Assembly: GCA_028534125.1 (NCBI GenBank)
Contig: CM052849.1
Coordinates: forward strand, 8,618,001 to 8,682,000
Source of the DNA: Lama glama
Taxonomy: Eukaryota
DNA: 64,000 nucleotides
Direction: 5' to 3'
The stretch's first letter is position 1. Every line of letters begins with the position of its first letter. The notes under the pieces were generated by a model. That model was given only the letters and a program-made list of their open reading frames with translations. It was not told where the DNA came from and searched no databases. The position numbers were made by a program, and so were the translations under genes. This document shows positions 23,791 to 36,050 of the stretch, in pieces.

Positions 23791-26700
23791 TTGGTCCATG
23801 GATCTCGTGAACATGAGATCGGGGTTTGGGGTCAAAAGCTCCATGTGGCACCCATTGGGGCAACTTGACTGAGCATTCTTGGAAGTGGATCCTTTCCCAC
23901 TACTCAGATGGCTGGGGAGTTGGTGCTGGTTATCGGTTCCTTTCCAGAATGGGCCTCTCCCCAGGGACATGGCTTCCTAAGACCATGGTTGCAGTTTCCA
24001 AGAACCGCCATCCTAAACCAGAGTGCCTGGAAGAAGCTATGTCCCCTTCTGTAATCTCGTCTTGGAAGACACTGGGGCATTTCCGCTGCAATTTATCAGC
24101 CAAGGGAGGCCGTTGTAAAGGCAGGTTTGGATTCCCGGGTAAGGATGTGAAAGGTGAGAAATATTTATACAGCTGAAGAGAAACCAGATTACAGGGGTGA
24201 GGATGGAGTTCCCACCTCTTGATTGGGAGATAAGTGTTGTGACCCCTTTTGGAAAGTGTCCTGTGCCCCTCTGCTGATGTCCCAAGTTCAGCTCAGCTGC
24301 CCACATCAAGCATTGGCGTCGCTGCCTTGCTTGGCTTTGGGATGAGCCAGCACTCAGCACCAGCCTGGAAGCACGGGGGACTGCACACTCCCGAGTACCC
24401 TAACTGGCTCCTTCCCATCCCTGTTTGGTCTCACGCTGTTTGGATCTTCAACCAAGCGGACACTTGAAGTCCTCGCGCCTGGCCCTTCCTGCCCACAGTG
24501 GCACTTCCCTAATGCAGGCTTTTCTCTGGAGCATCCTGTGGGCTCAGATCTTATTGGATCTCCATCGCTACCTGAGGCTCTCCCTGACCACTTCTGCTTC
24601 CTTTTCACTTCACACAGGCATCACCCACCCTCCCCATAAGCTGCTGGTGATTCTCACTTCTGGCTCCTCCAGAGAGCAGCTGCTGACACACCCTCATCTA
24701 CTTCCCGAGGAGAGACGCGATCTCACAGTGACTTCCAATAAGGACCAGTAACAGCCTTTGCCCAGTCTCGGCTCGGGTCCCCTGCTCAGCCGGGCCTCCC
24801 TCCCTCCCTCCCCGTCACGCCTCGTCCACCTCCCACGTCAGGGCAGCCCTCCTCAGGTGGCCACAATTTCCCAGGGAGGTTCTGCCCTGAGTCCTCCCCC
24901 AAGCCATCTTTAAAACATAAATTGCTGACCCGGGATGTGTTGGTGCTGAGTTTATCACGCAGCTCAATGCCGGCCTTCTTCCTTCAACTCAAGAGCCAAA
25001 ACTAATATAAACACTCCACTCCCCATTCGTTACCCTAATGCCATCAGCGATCTGACCAGGCCTGACCCCATCCCAGGCCTCCTGATTTACGGCCTCACGA
25101 ACAGATGCCCGGCTCCGTTCTCGGCCGCTGCCTCGGGTTCCCTGGGAGGAGGCGGGGTTTCATGAGAAAAGGCAGCCTCCCCTCCTTAGCTGGGGGGCCA
25201 CGGCCTTCTTCAGGGAGGAGACTCTGAAGCTGTCTTTGCTGAGTGTGTAGGAGGACAAGCTGTCTACTCAGGGCAGAAGCCAGTTCTGTTCTGCATCCCC
25301 CCTGCTCCCCGTTGCTTCCCCGAGTCAGCTGACCCGGGGAGGCGGGGGAAGCCAGAGCGCAGCACGGGTCAGCGGCAATGAAGAGGGTACAGGAGGCCTT
25401 AACCTCTTCTCCACGATTTACGAGTCTTAGACCCCCATATATATTTTAGCAAGAGGAGGATTGTAGGCAGGACTCCCAGTTATTTTTATAGCCCTGTTTC
25501 CTTTCCTGTAAATTGTTATCACGTACATACAGAAAAAGTGCACAAATCATTGGTACGGAGCTTGCTGAGTGAGTGAATGCACTCAGGTCCAGCCGTCAAT
25601 AAGCAAGCCAGCCGTGTCTGCTGAGATGATTTTACAGCAGATCTTTAAGGAAGAACGTAGTGATCTACCACGGGCTTTCTTCCTCCACGCAGAAAATCCT
25701 GCCTGCTTCACTCAATGGATCTGATAGATTTGTAACTACCTGGTGGGGTAGTTAAGGCACCCGAGTCGGGGACAGCCTGGGGCTGCCTGGAAAGAGGAAC
25801 ATTTGGCAGCATTTTTCTATGGGGCCGCCCTCCCCTCTTGCTGCCCTCACTCCCGTTTGCCTCTCAAACCCATCATACATGCCATGTGATGCCAGAGAGC
25901 TTGCTCTTCACTGTGCATCTGGCAAACTCCAAGTTTGAAGCCCACCTCCGCCTCGGTCACAGCTGCGCCAGGCCCACCATGAAATGCAGGCACCTGAGTG
26001 TGACAGTTGCATCCACCCCGACTTAGTTTCCAAAGTGCTTCCCTCCAGGCAGAAAGGCCACATGGGAAACCTCGGTACCCACTGTCCTAACGTTCGCTTG
26101 CCTCTCAGAGGGGACCTTGTTAGGAAGTGGCCTCAGGACCCACCAGCAGGGAAGCAAGGAAGTGGGACCAGGAAAACAAGAAAGCAGATGAGCCCCAGGT
26201 GCGCTCTGGAGACCGCCTCAGTCATCTCATGGTGGCCTCTGGGCGGTGAGGGGGCTGGAGGACTTACGCCCCTGCAGGCAGCAGTTAAGGCATTTCCACC
26301 TCTCCGCGTGGTACCCGACCGCATCCTGGGATCCCGCCTCCAACACTGAGATGCGGGCACTGGTGGTTAGAGGTGGACGTGCTCCAGGAGCCAGGGGGCA
26401 TGGGGGCGGCAAGGAGACCCCCAGGAGAGAGACAGCACCTGAGGGTCGCCTCACCCCCGCCAGGACACGCAGCGGGGGTGGAAGGCGTTTCTAAGACGCT
26501 AGGTAATTCCTGTCCCAGTGCATGAGGAGGCCACTTCAGGGTTGGGAGCCCAGGTCCCTGTACCCTCACCAGCCTTTTGAGCCATAGATTCGCTCAGGAC
26601 TGGGTCAGGCAGGACAGTGTTAAGAGGCTCCAATATGCAGAGGCCAGCCTGGGGCGGAGAACCCCAGTGGCAGAGGATCCTGGCCTGCTTGAGATGCTAG

Positions 26701-29700
26701 AAACTGTCAATCCTTCTTAGAGTTGAACACAGGCCAAGGAATAGGACACCCACTCATAGTCTGCCACCAGCCCGATTGTTGGTTTGCCCCCAAAGATCCA
26801 TGCTTTCTACCATGCAGTACTCAGCTCTGTGCTCAGAGGGAAGGGCACCTGCTTATATTCATCTGGAAGACAGAGGGCAAAAAGAGACAGCCTTTGTAAG
26901 CAGTGAGAGGTACCAGCGGATGAACAAGAAGAGAGGTCGGGGTATTTAGTCCCTTTCCTCCAGCCCGTGGCTGCATCTCTGTAGGACTTCGGTTTCTGTG
27001 GCTCCAGCTCCCCGCCAGGCCCTGGGGGTGCTGGCTGCTCCCCCTACACTCAGTTCTGGGCAGAGGAGTGGTGTGATGTAGCCCTGAGACCACAGCAGAG
27101 GGATGCCAGCTCACCAGTCCCCTCAACCCTGCCCACGCCTGTGAGTAGCCATCCGATGTGGATGCCACCTCCAGCTGGGATGCTGATGGAGAAAGAGGGA
27201 GCTGAGTCTTCAGGATTCAAGGTCCACAGCGTGCAGGCGGGGAAGAGGACAAAGTGAGCTGGCACCTAGGACAACCAGGGCAGCTCACAGGCTAGCCGGC
27301 TTCCTGGTGGAGAAGGGGGCGCCGCTGCGCGGAGACTGGGACTCAGATGAGTCCGGGTGAAAGCTGTGGTACACAGGAACCTTGTCCAGACATCTGAGAT
27401 TCCCCAAGGAGAGAAAGATCTCCATCCATTACAGTGCAGGGGTCCCTTTAAGAAGGGACTTTTCCTCTTTAGGGAGAGGTGGTCTTGGAAGAGCCAACTC
27501 TCTGGGGAGGAGTTTCCGGTGCATTCTCCTTGGCAGAGGCAAGTCGATCCCACTGACCCATCCTGGGAAGGCCTCCGGGCTGAGCGCCGAGTCCTTTACT
27601 TAGACCACAGTCTATTTCCAGACCCACTTAGGACCATCCTGGATCCCGCTGGACAGGAGATTCACTAGATTTCAGAGAAGCCTGACCTCACTTCTGAGGT
27701 CCAGGGTACCCCAGCAAGACCCTCCGGCCAGCAACTTGGTCCTACGGCCTGGGGAATATTCTGTTAGAGTGTGCTCCACTGCGCATGGGATGGGCCAGAG
27801 TCTGAAGTCCTTGCACCTTCTGAGTTTGTCTTCTAAGTTTCCTGTCTCCTCCCATCAAGACAAGAAGTCAAAGCTTATTCTCCAACAAGCTGCTCTGGAC
27901 AGTCCCGCCATCCCACCCAGAACCCCGGGGGCTGCAGAATTCCCCGTGGCGCCAACTGTTCAGTGCTTTACCTGAATCCAGTCGCCTTGGCAACGGCCGA
28001 GAAGTTGTTGATGAGAAACTCACTCAACTTGACCTTCATCATGAAAAGAGGCCAGACACGCAATGCCAGCTCTTCAACGGATCCTTAAACTGCCAAGGGC
28101 TTGCGGGTTGAACGTGACGTTTCTGCTCTTGTCCTTGTCACCGACTTGCAGGGACACGTGGCGTCTCAACCCTACAACTGCAAGCGAAGGGAGGACGACA
28201 CGGATGTCCCCTGAGTTTCATCCTATTGCTTTGTCTGTGGCCTCCGGTGGTGGGTCACATTCATCCACTTCTGGGCCACACGCCAAGGAACTGAGGGACA
28301 GTCTTCGGGGGTGGCTGGCTCTTGGTCACGGACTGTTCGTTTGTTCTCTCAGGAGTTAACTCATTCTTCTTCCCCTGCCAGCGTGGTGGGACGGACTGCA
28401 GACTCCCTTCCATGTCCTAGGGGGCCCACGGTTTTACTCTGAAATACATTAGCACTATTTGCATTTATTGTGCCATCATCTGCAGTATTTCTACTGCGGT
28501 ATAGAAGGAAGTCCCAACTCACAACTGACTCAGTCCATCGCACCGCCGTGTCTTGCAAACACACACCCGCTAAACAGCTCGTCGAACGTTAAGTACTGGG
28601 GAAATGGTGTTTGACGTGTTTATCTTGTTCCAAAGTCCTTGATAGATTGTTATGAGCTTTAAAAGAAGGTTTCAGTTACATGGGGAAGTTGGTTGGGAAA
28701 GCTCTGTTCTCCCCTACTTAAAATATTGGATGACATTTTTGGGTAGCACCTGGTGGACCTCACTTCATGTGTGTTGTCGCAATGCATTGCTGGGCAGAAT
28801 GAAGCTCGTCCTATGTGACCGCTGGAAGAGGACTCCCGGGAAGCTGGCACCTAGTGTCCTCCAGACTTTGCCCCGTGTGCCTCCTCTTTGCTGACTATGG
28901 TTTGAATACTTCCGCTGTAATAGCTGACCACGAGGATGACTCTCTCCAGAGTCATGTGAGTATCAGGAATGTTTCAGTCTCCCAAGGACCACGAGAGCCT
29001 GGATAAGTGTATACAACCTGTGACCAGACAGAACTGGAGACACCAGTGCCCATTTCCAAAATGAAGTGAGATGTGCTACCTCTAATTAAAGGGCAAGCCC
29101 ACTTCCTCAAGCTCCCACATACGAGATGTTTTCCCCGCAGCCACCCCTTCCACATCCTTGCCTGCGCTGGGTTTTACCACTGTGACAAGTAATGCCCCTG
29201 AAGTCTCCCTTTTGTGAAAACATGCATTTCCCTATTTCCTACTATTTGCTGTCCATTTGCATTTTTTAAAAAAATGCCTCGTTCACATTCATACATTTCT
29301 TTCTTCTTTCATGCCTTTAACAGCAAATTCAGTTTGCACCTCCTTTATTTTCACTGTGCAAAAGGTGAGGTGCTTGACCAAAGGCTACCAGGTTATTCAA
29401 TGTAATACAGCATGCTTGTTAGACAAAGATCAGGTCTCTGTGAGTCATTAGCTGCTCTGACCTCAGAGCTCCAGCTCACTGCAAATTTCTGTGCCGTGAT
29501 GGACTGGTTTGGAAACATGTGCTGGGAGGGAAGAGGCGCAAACTGTCCCCAAATTTGAGAATAAGAACTCTGCCACTGTCACTCAGAACTCCTCCTTGCA
29601 TACAATTACCATCAGTCATGCACAATTATATTCTCAGTGTTTCCATCTAAGAGAAGGAAGCTTAAAGCTTTTCCTTATTGAGGGGGACAAAAAGGGGAAA

Positions 29701-31677
29701 AAAAACAAGGCATGAACATCTTATGAACTGGTTAAGGGCAAATCTTTAGAGAAAAAAGTGCTCAAGCAGAAGGAAACATGTTCCTGGCTTTTCTGTCTGG
29801 GGCACCACACTGAGTGGTGGTCTTGGCTCTGGCAACGGTGGGACCCAAGGATTTAGTGTAGCACCAAGCCCATCCGAGTCTATGAGCGAATTGCATTGGG
29901 TCTGAGGCCAGACACTTTGAAGCCTGAACCTCCCCTTACTGCCCCCACACCTCAAGTCACACTGGGCATCCCACTGATCCATGAGATTCTTGGGAAACTT
30001 GGACCCGGGATGAAGCCATTTACCTGCTTGCTTCACTCTAATTCAACCCTGAGCTCTGAGACACCCTTTGCCCTGATCCCAGACTGAAGTGACTCAGCAA
30101 GATCTGGCCGCATTCCCAGAGTCATCAGAGTCATTCCCAGCGTGGTCAGAGTGTCCGTTCCCACAGACGTACAAGCAGGGTCAAGCCGAGGGAGCTCACC
30201 ATTCTCTGATGGGGCCTGGGAGCACGAATCCCCACCTGGCGAGCTAGTCCGAGACCCGTGCGAGACGGAACATGGCCATGAGACCTTCAGTGGCTGAGCA
30301 GGAACCGAGATGTTCCCACACCTTTATCATCCATCACGATTCCCCTTTAAGAAGCAGGAGTCCAATCACCCCAAATGGTCCCCAAGCCTATGGCTCAAGG
30401 CTAATGATGCCAATGCCCGTGAGGCAGCAGGGCGTTGAGGAAACTTGAGCACACTGCTAGCTAGGGGCTGGAAACTTTTTAAATGGTGTTATTATTTTGC
30501 TTTCAGAGTTCTTCTGTTCCCTGGTGACCCCTAGCCCCAAACCTCAGACTCCTACTCCCTTAGTGTCAACCGTGGCTCAGAACTCCACTGAGAAAGGAAA
30601 AAAAAAAAAAGATGATTGAACAAGGTGGTTAATAAAAGGAGGGCTAACCTTTCACTTTCTCTTCTTAAAAATGGTCATGAAATGTTTTCCTTCCTTTAAA
30701 CTGTGGATCTGAAGTCTGGTCAGTGGCGTTGAACACTCGGTCAAGAGAGTCGCTGTCATTTTATCTTAGATCTTAACACTGGTCAGGAGTCACTGGTGGC
30801 TCTGTCTCAGGGTTCCTCCAGTCTTTCACACCCTGCAGGTATTGAAACAGCTTCTTTGGGCTTCTAACGGGATCTCTGCTGGCCCCTCCGGATAATAAAC
30901 CCCTTTTCCTCAGGGGAAATAGCCCTGTGGAAACAGCCTCGTGCAGGGACGTCAGGGATGGGATCTCCCTCACCAGCCATGTTGGCCAGAAGTTTCTACT
31001 GCTTTCAGGTTCTTTAAGCCAATCCGGGATGTCAGTAAAATTGACAGAGACCACAGAGACAAAAAGTGGAACCAAAGCTAACGGCAAACTGGAGTCTGTG
31101 AAGTACAGCACCCGGGTCAGAAGTCTGAAGTAACCTGGATCCCTCCGAGGAGACACAGGTGGACTCCAAGAGAGGGCCAGGGGTTCATCTACAGAAAACA
31201 GATCTGCCTTCGAATCTGGGAGCTTGTCACTACCAAAAGCTGCCATTTTTGTTTATGCTTAAGAACTTAGTATTGTCTTGTTAACAGTGCCCCCACCTGG
31301 TGACAACCTGGATTTCTAGTCGAGGCGGTCACCCTGTACTTAATCCCTGGAGAGGAAAAAGGCCTTTTCAGTTCCAGGCTTGGGCTACAGCGACTAACCA
31401 GAAGATTTTCCAGCCCTAAACTCTCACTCCATAAACTCTCAGGGTCCATCATGAATTAAATACACCACCGATCTCTTTAGGTTAAGGCCATGGAGGAAGC
31501 CAAGCTTTTTAGCCAACACTGAACCTGAGGCTAAAAGCTGAACAGGGCCTATAAGGGCTGAGGCAACCTTGAGAAATCTTCAGGCTGGTCACGCAAAACA
31601 CCATATTGGACCACATTCCATTCAACTAGTTCCGGAAGAGCCAGAGATATCCATGGGAAAAAATCAAACAGACGGAA

Positions 31678-31714
31678 ATGGCTTCTCAGCCTTTTGGCTG
31701 AGATTGTAAGTGTA
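31678..31714 (+). pseudogene. 3'-truncated U2 snRNA retro-fragment
   Basis: atggcttctcagccttttggctgagattgtaagtgta versus the U2 5' end ATCGCTTCTCGGCCTTTTGGCTAAGATCAAGTGTA: three substitutions plus a small indel. The rest of U2 is absent. Confidence 0.75.
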
Positions 31715-32922
31715 TTTGAAGAAATCGTGGCTTAAAACTTCCCACATCCCAAGAGATGGAAGACATAACCTCTGTAAAAGGGAGAAGCTACGTATTTTTT
31801 TTTATAGCAACTTTACAAAAATGAGTCTTATGTTCAGTTTCTGGACAGAAGATAGTATCAATATTGCGAAAAAAAAAAAAACAAGGTGACAACAGATGCC
31901 TGTGTCCTTCCCCCGCACACTTGGATGAGGTCCACGACTTCCTACGTGCTTCTGCCCCTTGGGTTGCCTCATCTGCCCACCTCTACTCTGCTCCTCTACC
32001 TTAATCAGGGTGGTCAGTAGATCAAAGGCTGATGGCAAACCACAATGTCAACAAAGTGGAGAATTAAAGCCCTTTGGTAATTTGGAGAAGAGTCTCAGAA
32101 CCATGGGTGCTGAGGGATGGGGAAACCCAATGGCCACCGAGAGCGCCCACAGTGAACCAACACAACTCTTTACTAAGCACTCACTCTGGGATTAAAGTTG
32201 ACTTTGTGGTTATTCACAGGAAGACCTGTTTCCTGGCCCTGAGTTACCACCCCTGCATCTGGCTGAGTAAATATGTAAGAGTTAGGGTGGGTATGGCTGC
32301 AAAGGAAGATTCAGCCCGAACAAGTCAAGGGACCTGTAGCTACACTTGGGCACTAACCCAGGAAAATGGTACAGCCTGTGGGACCATAGGTGCAGGGAGA
32401 GTTAAGCTATTTGAGGGGAATGGGATACACAGAGTTTTCATGGAGAAGTGAATTTACCATGTTAAGATTAGAACCTGTGTTTTTCAAGGGACACATCCTT
32501 AACCTCATGGAGCTTTTCAAAAGATGAACAACACAGGAAAGATGCTCAACAGATTGTCACCCTGGTGCTGGAGGCTGGAGGGCAGTGAGGCAGCGTGTTC
32601 AGTGGGCACCTGTGTGAGTGGAGTTGGGGCTTTGGAGGGCAGGGGACTCAGATGGGCAATTCCACAGGCGGCATCTCACTCAGCCCCAGGGGCCTGATGG
32701 CCAGAGATGGCCAGGCCAGTGTGCAGCATCCTGATGGAGGCTGCAGGGCACCTGGGTACCACTTGACCCCATGGGTCCACCATGCACAGTGAGCTGCAGG
32801 CACTTAGATGCACATACTCACATGCTCATAGGGCCCTTGGGGACAAGAACTGCATCCCTGGTGCCTGCTGCATCCCAGACCCCGGGCTTCATTCTGGGAA
32901 TGCCACTCAGATCCCAGCCCTT

Positions 32923-32936
32923 CCAGAAGAGGGCAG
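32923..32936 (+). promoter_or_regulatory. Possible CTCF motif
   Basis: CCAGAAGAGGGCAG, 13/14 match to CCASYAGRKGGCRS. Confidence 0.4.
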
Positions 32937-34329
32937 ACCCAAGAAGGCAAAGACCTGGTCCCTTCCTTCTGCTGGTGAAGGCCAGCTTCCAGCATCAGCC
33001 CTGCTTCACCATCTGCTCTGGGCACAGGAATAGGCCCAGCTGGGCCATAAGCTTTTGCGATGAGCACTCCCTTGCAGCGATGGAGCCAAGGCACGGAAAC
33101 AGAACGACTCCAAACCAGCAGTCTCACCAATGATTCCCCCTGCGCAGCTGACTTGTTAATAATCAATGCGTGTTTTCTGACTTTGTAGAAAAGAACAGCC
33201 CTGGGAGTTCAGAAAACAAGCTGCAAGTCTGAAGTCTAAATATTCTGGCATGTTTCTTTCTGCTTGGGCACTTTCGAACGCATGATCATTGTCTCATGAA
33301 CTTGAACAGGTTTTAGATTTGGGAAAAGTTGGGTGGCCTTGGATTCGCTAGGTCACAACGTGGCCTTCAGAAAAGCTGTCAGTTAACAAGGGGCTTCTGG
33401 GGGGCTTACTGCCCCCCTGGGAAAGACACCATGATCATATACTCTTTCCCTGACACCGAAATCAGACTCTCTTCCTTGCACTGGGATTAGATTTTCAGGA
33501 AGCACAGTAGGGACCATGGGATAGAGAAATAACACAGGTGATTGATCCTCAGTTAGTTGTATGGTTTGCCCAGAGCTGGAGGCCCTGGACCCACTGAGTG
33601 GCAGGCTGTCAGATCTGCAATGAAAAGAACAGTTACCCCAAAGCCCCATAGTCAAAGCAAACAGCGAGCCACTGTGGATTCGCAGTAAATAGGGATTTAA
33701 TCCTAGATCCTTTAGGCTTCTCACTCTGGGAGAGCATTTAAAGGACAAAGACTTGACACCACCTTGCTTCCCCCAAACAGTCACTAACATCACTTGGGAG
33801 GGACGCCAGTTTGATGTAATTGGAAAGGAGGGGTCACTTCAAGGTGTTTGCATCCATGTCCAAGCCTAGAATCACCCCGCACACTGGAATTAAGTAGGTC
33901 TTGGTTGAGTTATGGACCAGGTTTGGACGCAGTTAGATGACTGAAGGCAGAGACCGGAAGCAGGAGGTGAGGACCCGCAGAGAGCAAGTAAACCCTCATT
34001 TCAGCGGCCGCAGTGGAGAAGTAGCTGGTGGTTCCCCAGCATTCCGTCTTACCCCCTTTTCAGTGATTAAGCCCCGACTGTCTCTGTATCTCCAAGTGGA
34101 GCCTGGCCACCTCAGGGGACATGAGGATGGGGACCATAGATCTTCAGGGGGACCTTGTGTCCCCCACCTTGGCTCATACTCCATCAGGGGATATGGGAAC
34201 TTTCCAACACATCTTACCTGAAATCAAAGCGCTAACTCAGGAATCTGCCAATTCTCCCTCAAAGCTGAGAAACTGCTCAGGCAACAACCAAGGAAGCCTA
34301 GAAACTCTTGGAGTTAACGTCCCTGGAAA

Positions 34330-34586
34330 GCCATCAGCCAACGGAAGCTGAGGAGTTCGCCAAGGCCCCCAGCCTGCTGTCCTCAGAGGGTCCATCTGAG
34401 CTGTGCTCTCTATAGTAACAGAGCACCCCCTCAGGATGGGCCTCTGTCCCCCACAATTGTGACCATCTCATCATCACACTTCTGCTGGGTTTAACCCCCT
34501 TCCCTCTCCTCATCCTTGCTTCTGGCTGCTTGGAATCAGATCCCAAATAGAAGTCCTAACTTTCGGAGGGATACAGATTAAGGCAT
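34330..34586 (+). mobile_element. ERVL LTR, LTR16-like (3' part)
   Basis: C-rich body ccccttccctctcctcatcc..ggaatcagatcccaaatag and terminus ggagggatacagattaaggca resembling the LTR16 end. Confidence 0.5.
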
Positions 34587-34779
34587 GGAAGGCGGAGGAA
34601 AGGTGCCCAAGATTTCCCAGACGTTTCCCCACAAGGTAGGGAATTTAAAAGTGTGAGTATGGTTATCACATTTCTGGTGAGTGAACGGATAGAGGAAACC
34701 ACGTCACTCGAGTTACCCTGACCCCACACGGGAAAATACAGGGGCTGCGGGTCACTGAAGCAGGGCTGAAACGGTCAGT

Positions 34780-34814
34780 GTTGGCCCCAGAGTTGGCCCC
34801 AGAGTTGGCCCCAG
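34780..34814. repeat. 12-bp tandem repeat (GTTGGCCCCAGA) x about 3
   Basis: Read directly. Confidence 0.95.
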
Positions 34815-35109
34815 TATTTGAGCTCTTATCCTTGGACCCGAGGACTGCAGACATGGGAGAACCACCAACAGCTCAAGAGATGCCCATCCTGCTGCACATA
34901 GTGACTCTTGCTCCATGACCCCGGGATAGGGAAGAGATACTCAGGAGCAAGGAGTCCCTGCTCATTCTGGAAGTATGGACCAGAGAACATTCCAAACAGA
35001 GGAACGTGCTGTGACAATGTGAGCATGCAATCAAAGACACAGGATGTGGGACAGCTGGCAGGACCATCAACTCTCTGTGTTCAAAAGCATCTGACAATTA
35101 GTGCTAAGA

Positions 35110-35595
35110 ACAAATCAAGCCAGGAAAAGACATGGAGGAAACAGTAACATGGATGTAAGTGAGAGAAGCCAACCTGAAATGGCTGTGGACTGATTTCAAC
35201 CATACAACATTCTGAAAAAGGCAAAGTTATGGAGACAGTACATTAGATCAGTGGTTGCCAGGAGCTGGGGACAGAGAAGTGAACGGGGGAACACAGGATT
35301 TTTAGGGACATTCTTAAGACATTCTGTAAGAACTAGAATGATGGATACGTGTCATTATGTGTTGCCCAAGCCCATAAAATGAACCACCAAGAGTGAACCC
35401 CAATGGAAAATTATGGACTTTGGGTGACTATGTGTCAGCGTAGGGTGAGTTGGAAAATGTACCTCTCTGGCGGGGGATGTCACTAGGGGAGGCGAGGCAT
35501 GTGTGGGCTGGGGGATACAGAAAATCTTTGTAGCTTCCTTTCAAAATTTTTGCTATGAACCTAAAACCTGTTCTAAAAGAATGTGAAGTCTTAAA
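35110..35595 (+). mobile_element. L1MC1-like LINE-1 3' end
   Basis: tcaagccaggaaaagacatggaggaa, aaaaggcaaagttatggagacagt..agatcagtggttgccagg, atggatacgtgtcattat, aagagtgaaccc..tatggactttgggtga, tgaacctaaaac. Confidence 0.9.
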
Positions 35596-35609
35596 GTATA
35601 CGGTGGGGA

Positions 35610-36050
35610 GAAAAAGGAGCCTACAGATTTTAAAAGATACTTGAGATACAGCTACCAACCACCATGTGTTGACCTTTAGCTGGATCCTGATTAAAATAAT
35701 CTGTTAAAACATGTATTAATACTTGGGTTACTTAACAACATAATGGAATTGTTTCAAACTCCGAAAATTCTCCCATTAGTTCTCAGTTTGGCTGTGATAA
35801 AGGTATTATGATGGTTTAGAAGACCCTCATCTTTTTTGAGATTCATGTATGTACTGCAATATTTATGGACTAAGTTAACTGAGTTCTGACATTTACACCA
35901 AAATGACTCATGGATGGGGAAACTGTTGGGGATGTTCGTGAAACAAGACTCTTCCTGATGGTAACTATTGGATGTGGGCACCTTGGGGTTAGAGCTACCA
36001 TCTTGCATAGTTTTTGGTACATCTGTAGTTTTAACCAAAAAAAGTAAGAT
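35610..36050 (+). mobile_element. Older L1ME/L1MC-type 3' fragment
   Basis: ttaaaagatacttgagatac..tggatcctgatt, gtgataaaggtattatgatgg, ttttgagattcat..aatattta. Confidence 0.65.

Noticed and set aside
29190-29212. miR-365-like taatgcccct
   Set aside because: Only the first 10 nt match and I see no precursor hairpin.
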